From an uncultured Trueperaceae bacterium (GTDB lineage Bacteria > Deinococcota > Deinococci > Deinococcales > Trueperaceae), in NCBI GenBank assembly GCA_963799485.1, contig CAWCXJ010000002.1, positions 23,955 through 87,954 of the forward strand: a stretch of 64,000 bases of DNA. The letters run 5' to 3'. The first letter of the stretch is position 1. Each line of letters starts with the position of its first letter. The position numbers were made by a program, and so were the translations under genes. Shown here one piece after another: positions 48,417 to 58,313 of this stretch. The notes under the pieces were generated by a model. The model was not told the origin of the DNA. It made no database searches and saw only the letters and a program-made list of their open reading frames with translations.

Positions 48417-49667
48417 TGAGGGGATCCCTAAGCTTGGGCCATTTCGGATGTGAGTCTAGGCAGGTGTAGCTTACCTGTTTCGAGGGCTTCTGCCAAGACA
48501 GCTTGGGGTGTCCGGTAGCCAAGTGCTCCGTGAGGTCGGTGTTCGTTATAGTCTTGCCGCCACTTTTCGCTTAGTACACGGGCTTCGGGGGTAGAGGTAA
48601 ATACTTCCAGGTTCAAGAGTTCATCCCGGAAACGGCTGTTGAAGCTTTCACAGTAACCGTACGGCAAAGCCTCGGCGCTGCGCTGAATTTGCCAGGGTGA
48701 GCCGGGGTCGATGTAAAGCGTTTTGATGGTAGCGTCGGTGACGAACTTTTGCAGTGTTTGGGCGATGAACTCGGGGCCGTTATCACAGCGGATGAAGCTG
48801 GGCGCTCCGTGCAGGGTGATAAGACGCTCGAGTTCGGTTACAACGTTATGGCTGGTCATATTGCGCTCGACCTTAATACTTAAACAGGAGCGAGAGAACT
48901 CGTCAATGACCGTTAAGAACTTGAGCCGTCCGCCACTTAAAGTCGTGTCCATGATGAAGTCAAGCGCCCAAACATGATGGGCGTATTCTGGTTTACGCCG
49001 GTGGCAGGCGTTCTCGCCATTACCCAAACGGGTTCGTTTATGCGTCCGGCTTGGCACCTTTAGTCCTTCAGCCCGCCATAGCCGCTGAACTCTCTTACGG
49101 TTCACGTGCCAGTGTTCTTCGTTAAGCTTGGCGGTGATCCGCCGATAGCCGTAACGGGGATGTTCCAAAGCTAGTTCGTGCAAGCGTTTAACCAGCACTT
49201 TGTCCTTCTCTATCCGTAGGGGCTGATATCGCTGCGTACTCCTAACTTGCCCAAGTACTCGGCAGATCCGCCGTTCGCTCACGCCCAGTTCGCGCCGGAC
49301 ATGAGTTACAGCGTCACGGCGCGTTCTGGGCGTTAGAACTTTGTTTTTAGTGCCTCCTTAAGAATATCGTTATCAAGGTCCTTCTCCGCCAGCAGTTTCT
49401 TCAGCCGGGCGTTTTCCTTCTCCAACTCTCTTAACTGCTTAGCATCGCTTTTCCCCATGCCACCGTACTTTTGCCGCCAGCGGTAAAAGCTCCACTCACT
49501 GATACCGAGGGTGCGACACGCCTCCGCCGCCGTCTTTCCCTGGTTAGTTGCCTTCTCGACGTTGCGGAGAATGTCGATGATCTGCTCGGGGGTATGAGTC
49601 TTTCGCATGGCCATTCCTCTCAGCCTGACTCACATTCCGCTTGGCTCAGGTTTCGGGGGTCACGTCA
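48417..49667 (-). mobile_element. IS3-family element, copy 1 (orfA 49333..49614, orfB 48428..49282)
   Basis: TG...CA ends; YGYRRI, WALDF, IRCDNGPEF; same translation as 62746..63996. Confidence 0.95.
48661..48687 (-). mobile_element. 27-nt in-frame micro-insertion type A
   Basis: Removing TTCAGCGCAGCGCCGAGGCTTTGCCGT restores PWQNGYCESFN. Confidence 0.85.
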
Positions 49668-50531
49668 TGGTCATCAAAGCCTCCGTCACCCAAGAGGACC
49701 TGCGTTTGTCCGGGTATAGAGGAGGCGAGTTGGTCTTTGAACACCTTGGCATCTTTGATGTTTGCCGGGGCAACGTCTACATCGCACGGTAAGGCGGCAG
49801 CTGTACAGCCGCTCACCAAGCAGTGAACACGGTAGCCATAAACCCACGTACCACAGCCGCTCTTACCCCAGTGCGCTTCTATATCGATATTGCCACATTT
49901 GGGCGACTCCCCTTTGTCACGTTGTTTCTTATGCCAGACGTTACCTTGAGCGTGCATCAGAGAAAAATCAACGCTCATGGCCTCAACAAGGGTGACATTC
50001 TCAGCCACAAAGTCAGCGTGGATGCTGCGAACTTGTTCCCGCAGGACTAAGGGCAGTTGCTTGAAGCGCCGACTCAAAATCGTTCTATGAGGGCAGCTTG
50101 TTAAGCTAAATTTCCCTAGCAGTTCCTCTTTGAGTCGCAACTGTTTTGCCAATGTTTTGAAGCCCTTGATACGCTTGACAAGCATGTACAGGTAAAGCTT
50201 CAGCATACTTCTGGTTGAATACTCGGTATGACCTGAAGCGGCTTGCAGCTCTAGCTCATCAACCATGTTCAGCAAGGTCTCTAAGTCTGGTGTTACCGTA
50301 TTTTGAGCCTTCGTTTTCTGGTTCATAGCATTTCTAGACTAACGAAGGCTCATCCCTTATTCACTGAGCTGGATTCTTATATGCACACCCCTCAAGTATC
50401 TAACAGCCTCGGGGACGTTACAGTCTTGTTAGCTAATGCGCTGGGTGGTACGTTTTTAGGGTGATAACTCGACAGCCTGCGCGTTACCTTCCCCTCAAAA
50501 ACAGTCTTCGTCACCTTGCAAGGCCTTAGCC

Positions 50532-51401
50532 GTGCAGACCACGCTTATCCAAAGAGGTCGTTCGCGTTCGTGGAACCGATTAAAACATAACTACCTCGGC
50601 CTCTTCGGTGCGGCTATCGTCACAGCGGTCGTTATCATCGCTCTTTTGGCTCCGCTCCTAGCACCTTACGATCCAGCAGAGCAGTTTTTTGAGGGCCTCA
50701 CACTTGAAGGTGCACCGTTGCCGCCCAACGGAAAGTTTCTTCTCGGCACCGACCTGCTTGGGCGCGACCTGCTCTCCCGCCTTGTCTACGGTGCGCGCGT
50801 TTCACTGGCTGTAGGCGTTATCGCTAACGTTGCCGCACTCTTGATTGGTACACTTCTAGGGACAGTTGCAGGCTACCTGCAGGGGTTTGTTGGCAGGCTC
50901 ATCATGCGTTTTACCGATGTAATGACGGCGTTTCCCGCACTTTTACTGGCAATCGCCCTAAGTGCTATCTTGCGTCCAAGTTTGTGGATTGTCGCGCTCG
51001 TTATCGCACTTGTCAACTGGGTTCAGATTGCGCGCGTCGTCTACGCACAGGTGCTTACGCTCGCCGAATCAGAGTTTGTAAGTGCAGCAGCGGCACTCGG
51101 CGCAAAGCGGGGTCGTATCTTGCTGCGCCACCTTGTTCCTCACCTTATTCCCACCATGCTCGTCTACGGGACGCTGGGCGTTTCTACAACTGTCTTGCTC
51201 GAAGCTACCCTTTCGTATCTAGGGGTCGGCGTGCAACCTCCGACGCCGAGCTGGGGCGGCATTATCAACGAGAGCCAGTCATACTTTTTAACCGCGCCTT
51301 GGCTCGTTACCTTTCCAGGTGCCGCGATCTTGCTCACTGCCGTGTCGTTTAACCTTGTCGGCGACGCCTTACGCGACGCCCTTGACCCGCGGAGCCGCTG
51401 A
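50532..51401 (+). CDS. Peptide/nickel ABC transporter permease (DppC-type)
   Basis: LGTDLLGRDLLSRLVYGARVSL; EATLSYLGVG..PP.PSWG. Confidence 0.95.
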   Translation: MQTTLIQRGRSRSWNRLKHNYLGLFGAAIVTAVVIIALLAPLLAPYDPAEQFFEGLTLEGAPLPPNGKFLLGTDLLGRDLLSRLVYGARVSLAVGVIANVAALLIGTLLGTVAGYLQGFVGRLIMRFTDVMTAFPALLLAIALSAILRPSLWIVALVIALVNWVQIARVVYAQVLTLAESEFVSAAAALGAKRGRILLRHLVPHLIPTMLVYGTLGVSTTVLLEATLSYLGVGVQPPTPSWGGIINESQSYFLTAPWLVTFPGAAILLTAVSFNLVGDALRDALDPRSR

Positions 51402-52321
51402 TGCTCGGCTACTTCGCCTCGCGCGTTTTGCAGACCGTTTTTGTCCTCTTAGGCGTGGCGACGGTCGCGTTTCTCATTACCAACCTTGTGCCCGCCGATC
51501 CCGCCCGGCTCCTGGCAGGGCGACAGGCAAGCACCGAGACGGTCGAGAACATCCGCACGCAGCTCGGCCTCGACCGGCCCCTCTATGAGCAATATGGGCG
51601 CTACGTGTCACGCCTGGCGCGGGGTGACTTGGGCCGCTCGTACAACCAGCGTACGGAGGTGCGGACGCTCCTTTTTTCGCGGCTGCCCGCCACCTTGCAG
51701 CTCACCGCTGGCGGCATCCTTGTAGAACTTCTTATCGGCGTGCCACTGGGTATTTTGGCCGCGCTTAGCGCCGGACGGCTTCTCGACCGGACAGTCATGC
51801 TCTTTTCATTCGTGGGCGTGTCCGCGCCGCAATTTGCGCTGGGCCTTATTCTCCTTTACGTAGTGGCCTACCGCTGGGCGCTGCTGCCGTTAGGCGGGTA
51901 CGGCAGCGTCGCGCACCTTGTGCTACCCGCCGTGACGCTCGGCATCTCCGGGGCCGGATGGTACGCTCGCGTCGTGCGCTCGGCGATGCTCGAAACGCTC
52001 CGGGCCGATTATGTCCGCACAGGCACGGCAAAAGGGCTACCGAGGCAGCGCGTCGTTCTCAAACACGCACTGCGCAACGCCCTTTTACCGGTTATCGCCA
52101 TGATCGGCCTTGATATCGGGCTTTTAATGGGCGGCGTGGTGGTTGTGGAGTCGGTATTTGGCTGGCCCGGTATCGGGCAGCTCGCTTGGCAAGCAATTCA
52201 GGTGCTCGACCTCCCGGTCATCATGGGCACCGTACTCTTAACCGCACTCTTTATTGTTCTCGGCAACTTTTTAGCGGACGTTCTCTACCCGCTTGCCGAC
52301 CCGCGTATTCGCTACGGGTAG
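51401..52321 (+). CDS. Peptide/nickel ABC transporter permease (DppB-type)
   Basis: LGLDRPLYEQY; DYVRT..AKGL; VESVFGWPGIG. Confidence 0.95.
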   Translation: MLGYFASRVLQTVFVLLGVATVAFLITNLVPADPARLLAGRQASTETVENIRTQLGLDRPLYEQYGRYVSRLARGDLGRSYNQRTEVRTLLFSRLPATLQLTAGGILVELLIGVPLGILAALSAGRLLDRTVMLFSFVGVSAPQFALGLILLYVVAYRWALLPLGGYGSVAHLVLPAVTLGISGAGWYARVVRSAMLETLRADYVRTGTAKGLPRQRVVLKHALRNALLPVIAMIGLDIGLLMGGVVVVESVFGWPGIGQLAWQAIQVLDLPVIMGTVLLTALFIVLGNFLADVLYPLADPRIRYG

Positions 52322-52371
52322 CTGGCATAGAATAGTTAAGAGCAGCTTATATGCTCATCGAAAGGGGAAGC

Positions 52372-53964
52372 ATGAAACGTTTGGGATTCGTGATTTTATG
52401 TATACTTTGCTCATTCGCGCTAGCACAGCAGCAGGGCGGGAACATGACTGTCACCTATAAGGATGACATCTCGACGCTCGACCCAGCCATCGGCTACGAC
52501 TGGCAGAACTGGTCGATCATTAAAAGCATGTTCGACGGACTTATGGATTACGAACCCGGCACCACGACCCTGAGGCCGCAGCTCGCCACCTCTTACGAGG
52601 TCTCTAAAGACGGCACCACCTACACCTTCAAGCTGCGTGAGGGCGTGCGCTTTCATAACGGACGCGAAATGCAAGCCGAAGACGTAAAATACTCGCTCGA
52701 GCGCACTCTGAACCCGGAGACGCGTAGCCCCGGTCAGGGCTTTTTTCTAGGTATCAGGGGCGCGCAAGCCTTTATCGACGGTCAAGCGGACGAGGTTACG
52801 GGCATCAAGGTGGTAGACCCGGCGACGGTCCAGATCACGCTCGACGAACCCAACGCCTCGTTTTTGCACCTTATGGCGATCAACTTCTCGTATGTCGTCC
52901 CGCGCGAGGAGGTCGAGCGCTACGGCGAGGACTTCGGTCGTAACCCGGTCGGTACGGGCGCGTTCAAAATGCGCGAGTGGCAGCTCGGGCAGCAACTCGT
53001 TTTAGAGCGCAACCCCGACTATTTCTTGGAGAACCTTCCCTACCTCGACGAGATCACCTTCGAGATTGGCGTAGAACCGACCGTCGCCCTTTTGCGGCTT
53101 CAGCGCGGCGAGGTGGACATTCTCGGCGACGGCATCCCGCCCGCGCAGTTCGTGAGCATTTCAGGCAATCCCGCCAACGAAGAGCTGATCGCCTCGGGGC
53201 CGCAACTCCACACTGGCTACGTGACACTTAACACCAACGTTGCGCCCTTCGACAATGTAAAGGTGCGCCAAGCGCTTAACATGGCTGTAAACAAAGAGCG
53301 CATCGTACAGGTCATTAACGGACGTGCCACTCCCGCGAACCAGCCCCTGCCCCCGCTCATGCCCGGTTACGCTGAGGATTATAAAGGCTACAGCTACGAC
53401 CCTGAAGGGGCCAAAGCGCTCCTTACCGAAGCGGGCTTTCCGGACGGCTTTTCCACCCAGCTCTACGCCAACAATACCGACCCGAATCCGCGCATCGCCC
53501 AGGCCATCCAGCAAGACCTAGCTGCTATTGGCATCGACGCAGAGCTGCGGACGCTCGCGCAGAGTGCGGTGATCGCCGCTGGGGGCGAGCCCGAGGGCGC
53601 GCCGATGGTTTGGTCAGGAGGCATGGCCTGGATCGCCGATTACCCCGACCCGAGCAACTTTTACTGGCCTATTTTGGGTTGTGCGGGAGCTGTCCAGGGC
53701 GGTTGGAACTGGGCTTGGTACTGTAACGAAAAGCTCGAGGCTCAGGCTGCAGAGGCGGACGCAATGGTGCAACCGGACCAAGAGGAGGCGCGCACCGAGC
53801 TGTGGCGAAATATCTACCTGAGCATCATGGAGGACGCGCCGTGGGTGCCCGTGTTTAACGAGACGCGCTACACCATGCATAGCGCCCGGTTAAAGGGGCC
53901 GGAGGGCGTCTTTATCGACCCCATCCACATCCCGGTAAACTACGAAAACGTTTATGTCGAGTAA
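52372..53964 (+). CDS. Family-5 ABC substrate-binding protein
   Basis: Signal peptide; YTFKLREGVRFHNG; PVGTGAF. Confidence 0.95.
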   Translation: MKRLGFVILCILCSFALAQQQGGNMTVTYKDDISTLDPAIGYDWQNWSIIKSMFDGLMDYEPGTTTLRPQLATSYEVSKDGTTYTFKLREGVRFHNGREMQAEDVKYSLERTLNPETRSPGQGFFLGIRGAQAFIDGQADEVTGIKVVDPATVQITLDEPNASFLHLMAINFSYVVPREEVERYGEDFGRNPVGTGAFKMREWQLGQQLVLERNPDYFLENLPYLDEITFEIGVEPTVALLRLQRGEVDILGDGIPPAQFVSISGNPANEELIASGPQLHTGYVTLNTNVAPFDNVKVRQALNMAVNKERIVQVINGRATPANQPLPPLMPGYAEDYKGYSYDPEGAKALLTEAGFPDGFSTQLYANNTDPNPRIAQAIQQDLAAIGIDAELRTLAQSAVIAAGGEPEGAPMVWSGGMAWIADYPDPSNFYWPILGCAGAVQGGWNWAWYCNEKLEAQAAEADAMVQPDQEEARTELWRNIYLSIMEDAPWVPVFNETRYTMHSARLKGPEGVFIDPIHIPVNYENVYVE

Positions 53965-54883
53965 CCACACCATTCATAGGCACCACGCTCACTACGGCTG
54001 GGACAACGCGCTGGAACCGGTGCTCGAGGTTACTCCCGGTGAAACCATTACGTTTGAGACAGTAGACTCTTCTGGTGGGCAGCTGAGCCCAGCCTCGACG
54101 GTCGAGAGTGTCGCCGCGCTCGACTTCTCCAAAGTCAACCCGGTCACCGGGCCAGTGCGTATTTTAGGTGCGGAACCGGGCGACGCGCTCAGCGTCAAGG
54201 TTCGTGAGTTTAGACCGAGCGGCTGGGGCTGGACGGCGAACATTCCTGGCTTCGGCCTGCTCACCGAAGACTTTAGAGACCCGCACCTTAAGCTGTGGAG
54301 CTTTGAAGGCGACGTTGCCGAGTTTGCCGACGACATCCGGGTGCCCCTTAAGGCGTTCCCTGGCACCATCGGGCTCGCCCCAGCTGAGATGGGTCTCCAT
54401 AGCGTCGTGCCGCCCAGGGTGTGCGGCGGCAACATGGACACCCGCGACCTCGGGGCGGGCACAACGCTCTTTCTTCCCGTTCAGGTTTCGGGAGCACTCT
54501 TTTCGGTCGGCGATACACACGCGGCTCAAGGGGATGGCGAGGTCTGCGGCACGGCTATCGAGTCGCCGATGGAAGTGACGCTTCAGTTTGACCTTCTTAA
54601 AGAGGCAAATCTGGGTGCGCCACAGTTTCAGACACCCGGTCCCGTCACACGGCATCTCGATAGTAAGGGCTATTACGTGACGACAGGGGTCGGCCCCGAC
54701 CTCATGGAAGCTTCTAAAGACGCCGTGCGCGCCATGATTGAGTACCTTAGCAAACACTACGGCCTTTCACCCGAAGACGCTTACTTGCTATGCAGCGTCG
54801 GCTGCGACCTCCGCATCAGCGAGATCGTCGATATGCCCAACTGGGTTGTGTCGCTCTATCTGCCGCTACAGCTTTTCGCTTAA
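53954..54883 (+). CDS. Acetamidase/formamidase family protein
   Basis: NPVTGP..I.GAEPGD; GGNMD; GDTHAAQGDGEVCGTAIE. Confidence 0.95.
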   Translation: MSSNHTIHRHHAHYGWDNALEPVLEVTPGETITFETVDSSGGQLSPASTVESVAALDFSKVNPVTGPVRILGAEPGDALSVKVREFRPSGWGWTANIPGFGLLTEDFRDPHLKLWSFEGDVAEFADDIRVPLKAFPGTIGLAPAEMGLHSVVPPRVCGGNMDTRDLGAGTTLFLPVQVSGALFSVGDTHAAQGDGEVCGTAIESPMEVTLQFDLLKEANLGAPQFQTPGPVTRHLDSKGYYVTTGVGPDLMEASKDAVRAMIEYLSKHYGLSPEDAYLLCSVGCDLRISEIVDMPNWVVSLYLPLQLFA

Positions 54884-54884
54884 A

Positions 54885-54931
54885 GCAACCCTTACAGGGT
54901 TTTGTAAAAAACAAAGCCCTGTAAGGGTTGC
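54885..54931. repeat. Long palindrome (21-bp arms, one mismatch), REP-like
   Basis: gcaacccttacagggttttgt-aaaaa-acaaagccctgtaagggttgc. Confidence 0.8.
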
Positions 54932-54989
54932 CTCAGCAAGTTTATGGACGCGGCCACGACTGTAGCTGCGCTGCTTCGAACGGCTACCT

Positions 54990-55280
54990 ATGCGCCTGTT
55001 TATCGCCCTCAACATACCCAGCGACCTGCGCGCCCGCATCGCCAGAGACGTACTTACGCCGTTGCAAGCGCAACTCCCCGGCGCGCGTTGGGTGCAAAGT
55101 GAGACGCTGCACGTCACGCTGCCTTTCCTGAGGGAGCGCAGCCACGCCGAGGCCGAGGAAGCTAAAGCTGTTTTGCAGGAGGTTGCGACCACGCAAGAGC
55201 CGTTTTCAGCTTCCCTAAGCGGACCCGGCGTGTTTCGTCCGGCGCGTCCACGCGTCATCTGGCTGGGTCTTAAGGGTTTA
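54990..55280 (+). pseudogene. thpR: RNA 2',3'-cyclic phosphodiesterase, 3' truncated
   Basis: MRLFIAL...LHVTL.FL...PRVIWLG; second HxT motif missing. Confidence 0.75.
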
Positions 55281-55334
55281 GTTCCAATCCTCCTACACTG
55301 CGCCTTGGAGCGCGAGCATGACCAGCTCGGCACT

Positions 55335-55722
55335 GGCCTTGGTCTATAACTTTGGACAGCCGAAGTATACCCTAAGCTGCTAGCCGAGCCAAATCTTCCG
55401 GCAATTGCTTGAGGCGCTCGAAGGTTTCCGGGGTCTCGTAATTGAGTGAACTGTGTAGCCGTTCGCAGTTGTAGTAAATCTCGATAAACTCGAAGGTCGC
55501 AGCGCAAGCCTCAGCGCGGGTCGTAAAGCGTTCCCGAGGATAGACCAACTCTCTCTTGAGCGTCGCCCAGAAGCTTTCGATGACCGCATTGTCGAAGCAG
55601 GCTCCTTTACCCGTGAAGCTTGGCAGCATCCCCCGAGCCGTGAGCTTTGTGCCGTAGAGGTGGCTAGTGTATCGACTACCCCGATCCGACTGGTGGATGA
55701 CACGCCTTTTGCACGCCAGCAA
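55335..55722 (-). mobile_element. IS3-family (IS150-like) 3' fragment
   Basis: HQSDRGSRY...CFDNAVIESFWATLKRE...RLHSSLNY. Confidence 0.85.
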
Positions 55723-55769
55723 GTCGGCACGTCACCTCCTTAAAGGCTCGGTCATCGTCCCAAGGTCCG

Positions 55770-56767
55770 TGATGCGACCCGTGGTAAGCCGACCGGCGAA
55801 CCCGCAAGTTATCAGCGAGGCCGTCCGCGAGGCTGCCGGGGCAAAGCCAGCAGGCACCTCCCCACGCCCAACCTCTCCCCTTCCCGCCATACCGCAGCTC
55901 GAGATCACCTCAGCCTCCACACGCAACCACGCTCAGAGCAAACCAGGACCCGCGCCTAGCACGCGGCACTTCTCCGACCCCCGCCTCCACGAACTCAGAC
56001 ATGCCAGCAGCGCAAAAAAGCGCCAGGCGGCGGCCCTAAAGCACCCGAAGCTGCGGCCTCCACATGACGCCTTGGCCTATCACGAGAACACCACACTCGA
56101 GCTTGCCTACTGGCAGGGACTCACCTACCGGGAGGTCGGTGAGAAGCTCGGCTTTTCGTCGAACCGAGCTTTGCAGATCTGCAACAAGGCGCTACGCAAG
56201 CTCACGTATCAGTTGCTTAAAGGCGCGCGTCCCGGCACAGCCATACATGAATCACGCAACCCGTCCTGTGACCCGCACCACGACAAGCTCGGCGAGGACA
56301 TGCTCACCACAAACGCGCTTTCTCCCCAAGCCGTGGTTCTGGGTGAGGACACCCGCATCACTGCGCTCCGCAGGATGGGACAAGCCGAGAAAAGGCGGGA
56401 GGTGGCCCGGCGCTACCCTGAACTCCGCCCGCCCCATGCTTGCCTGAGCGACGACGAGAACGACCTGCTCGAGCTAAGTCTCTGGCAGGCGCGAACCTAC
56501 GGCGAGACCGCCAGCCTTAAGAGTCTCTCCCGAAGGCAGGTCAGTACAGGTGTTCGTCACGCGCTCAAAAAGCTCAACTGGCACCTGTGCAGAGAGTCTC
56601 ACCATCACGAAGATCACCTCGATGCGGTTCTTTTGGCACTGAACGAGTGCGGCTCGGTGAGGCGGGCTGCGAAAAAGCTTGAGGTGTGCAAGTACGTGCT
56701 CAACGCCTTTATGGAACGTGTGGGCATAAGAGCCCGCACTGTGTTCGAGGTCGACACGGGCGAGTAA
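55770..56767 (+). CDS. Protein with two tandem sigma70 region-4-like HTH domains plus C-terminal HTH (start uncertain)
   Basis: GLTYREVGEKLGFSSNRALQICNKALRKL and ARTYGETASLKSLSRRQVSTGVRHALKKL; GSVRRAAKKL. Confidence 0.6.
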
Positions 56768-56841
56768 CACCACTGAAAGACGCACGTGCCGCGCACTCTG
56801 CCCCTTGAGGCTTGGGCCTCCTATACTGTAGGCACCAAAAG

Positions 56842-57345
56842 GAGGTAGACGTGACGACCCAGGTACAGCTCACTACAGCCGACGAACTCCTCCGGATGCA
56901 GGGCGACGGCTACCGCTACGAGCTAGTAAGGGGGGAGCTGAAGAAGACGGCACCCGCAGGATTTGAACATGGCACGCTTGCGGTCGAGTTCGCTGCTGAG
57001 CTGAGGAACTTCGTGAAAGCGAACAAGCTCGGCAGAGTCACCGCCGCTGAGACCGGCTTCAAGCTCACCACGAACCCCGACACCGTCCGCGCTCCCGACA
57101 TCGCTTTCGTCAGCCAGAAGCGTTTAGACGAGGTAGGCCCCGTGCAAGGCTACTGGCCCGGTGCGCCCGACCTGGCCGTCGAAGTCGTCTCCCCCAACGA
57201 CCTCTACACCGAAGTGAGCGACAAGGTGGCCGAGTGGCTGGAAGCGGGCTCCAAGGTGGTCGTGGTCATCAACCCGCGCAGGCGGCAAGTCTTCGTCCAC
57301 GCTCCCGATGTCGATGTAAAGGTGCTGGGGATAGACGATACGCTC
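56842..57345 (+). pseudogene. Uma2-family endonuclease, C-terminus truncated
   Basis: RYELVRGEL...APDIAFV...APDLAVEVVSPND; AGGAGG RBS. Confidence 0.85.
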
Positions 57346-57355
57346 ATTGCTATTT

Positions 57356-58238
57356 ACCTCGAGTGCTAGTAGAAAAGGGGTAAAAGATGAGAGAAGATAG
57401 GTCATGCGAGCCGTTGATCTTCTCTCAAAGCATAATGTAACAGACCTTTTCACAATCGTATATGTCCTGATAGACGACTATCTACAAGCCTCAGAACGCT
57501 TAGGACGCTTCAAGTTGCCTAAAAAGCGCCAACAAAAATCCAGCTACGCCGAGTTGCTCACCATTGTTCTGGTCGGCGAGATACTTCAGCAGAAAAATCA
57601 AGGCTTGTGGTACTTGCTGGTGCAGCGTGAATACGGCGCTTTGTTCCCCGACCTGCCTCATATCACACGTTTTTACCGAGTGAGCCGTAACTTCGAACGC
57701 ATCTATGCGGACTTAGCTATGCTGATTGCTCAGCATGATGGGGTGTAGCTGGTCGACTCCAAGCCGCTGCCTATCTGCAAGGGTGTTCGCTACCCAAGAC
57801 CAAGAAGGATGACCGAAGCTACCTCTGGACGCGGTGGGGCAACCAAACGCTTCTACGGCTTTAAACTTCACGCCGTTTGCACGGGTCAGGGTGCTAGCTG
57901 TCGTTTTGCCATCGTGCCAGCCAATGAAAGTGATGTCACCGTGGGCAAGTGTCGCTTGGACGCTTCTGGCGATGACCTAAACAGCAGCATCGGCGACAAA
58001 GGCTATCGGGGTTTAGGCATCTACACCCCACCCAAGCAAAACGCCAAAGAACCCGGCTGCTGGTGTGACTTCTTCGCTCGTGCCAGAAAGTCTGTCGAGG
58101 CTGTTTTCTCCTCACTCGCAAGATGTCGCAATATTGCCTTGCAACAGCTCAACTCTTTTTGGAGCATTCGTGCCAGTGTCTGCCGCAAAGTCGCGGCTCA
58201 CAACCTCATCCTGTTTCTGTTCGACTAGCACCCGAGGT
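57356..58238 (+). mobile_element. IS982-family element, copy 2 (same internal TAG)
   Basis: Near-identical inverted copy of 47435..48317. Confidence 0.9.
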
Positions 58239-58280
58239 TATAAAGGAGCTGTTCGAAAGCTAGCCGGAAGTGTCGATGCT

Positions 58281-58305
58281 CGAGCCCCCACACGGGGGCT
58301 TTTTC
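58281..58305 (+). terminator. Intrinsic terminator-like hairpin
   Basis: agccccc-acac-gggggct + TTTT. Confidence 0.6.
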
Positions 58306-58313
58306 GTCGTTGG

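Larger units (their letters stand above)
47404..50399 (-). mobile_element. Disrupted DDE (IS4/IS5-like) element; transposase 5' part at 49668..50326
   Basis: 18-bp IR atacttgaggggtgtgca / tgcacacccctcaagtat; WGKS...YGYRVH...GDGGFD truncated by IS3. Confidence 0.7.

Noticed and set aside
54962..54987. gtagc...gctac hairpin containing GCTGCGCTG before thpR
   Set aside because: It lacks the TACG end and no empty site can be defined; cannot be assigned to the 27-nt family.
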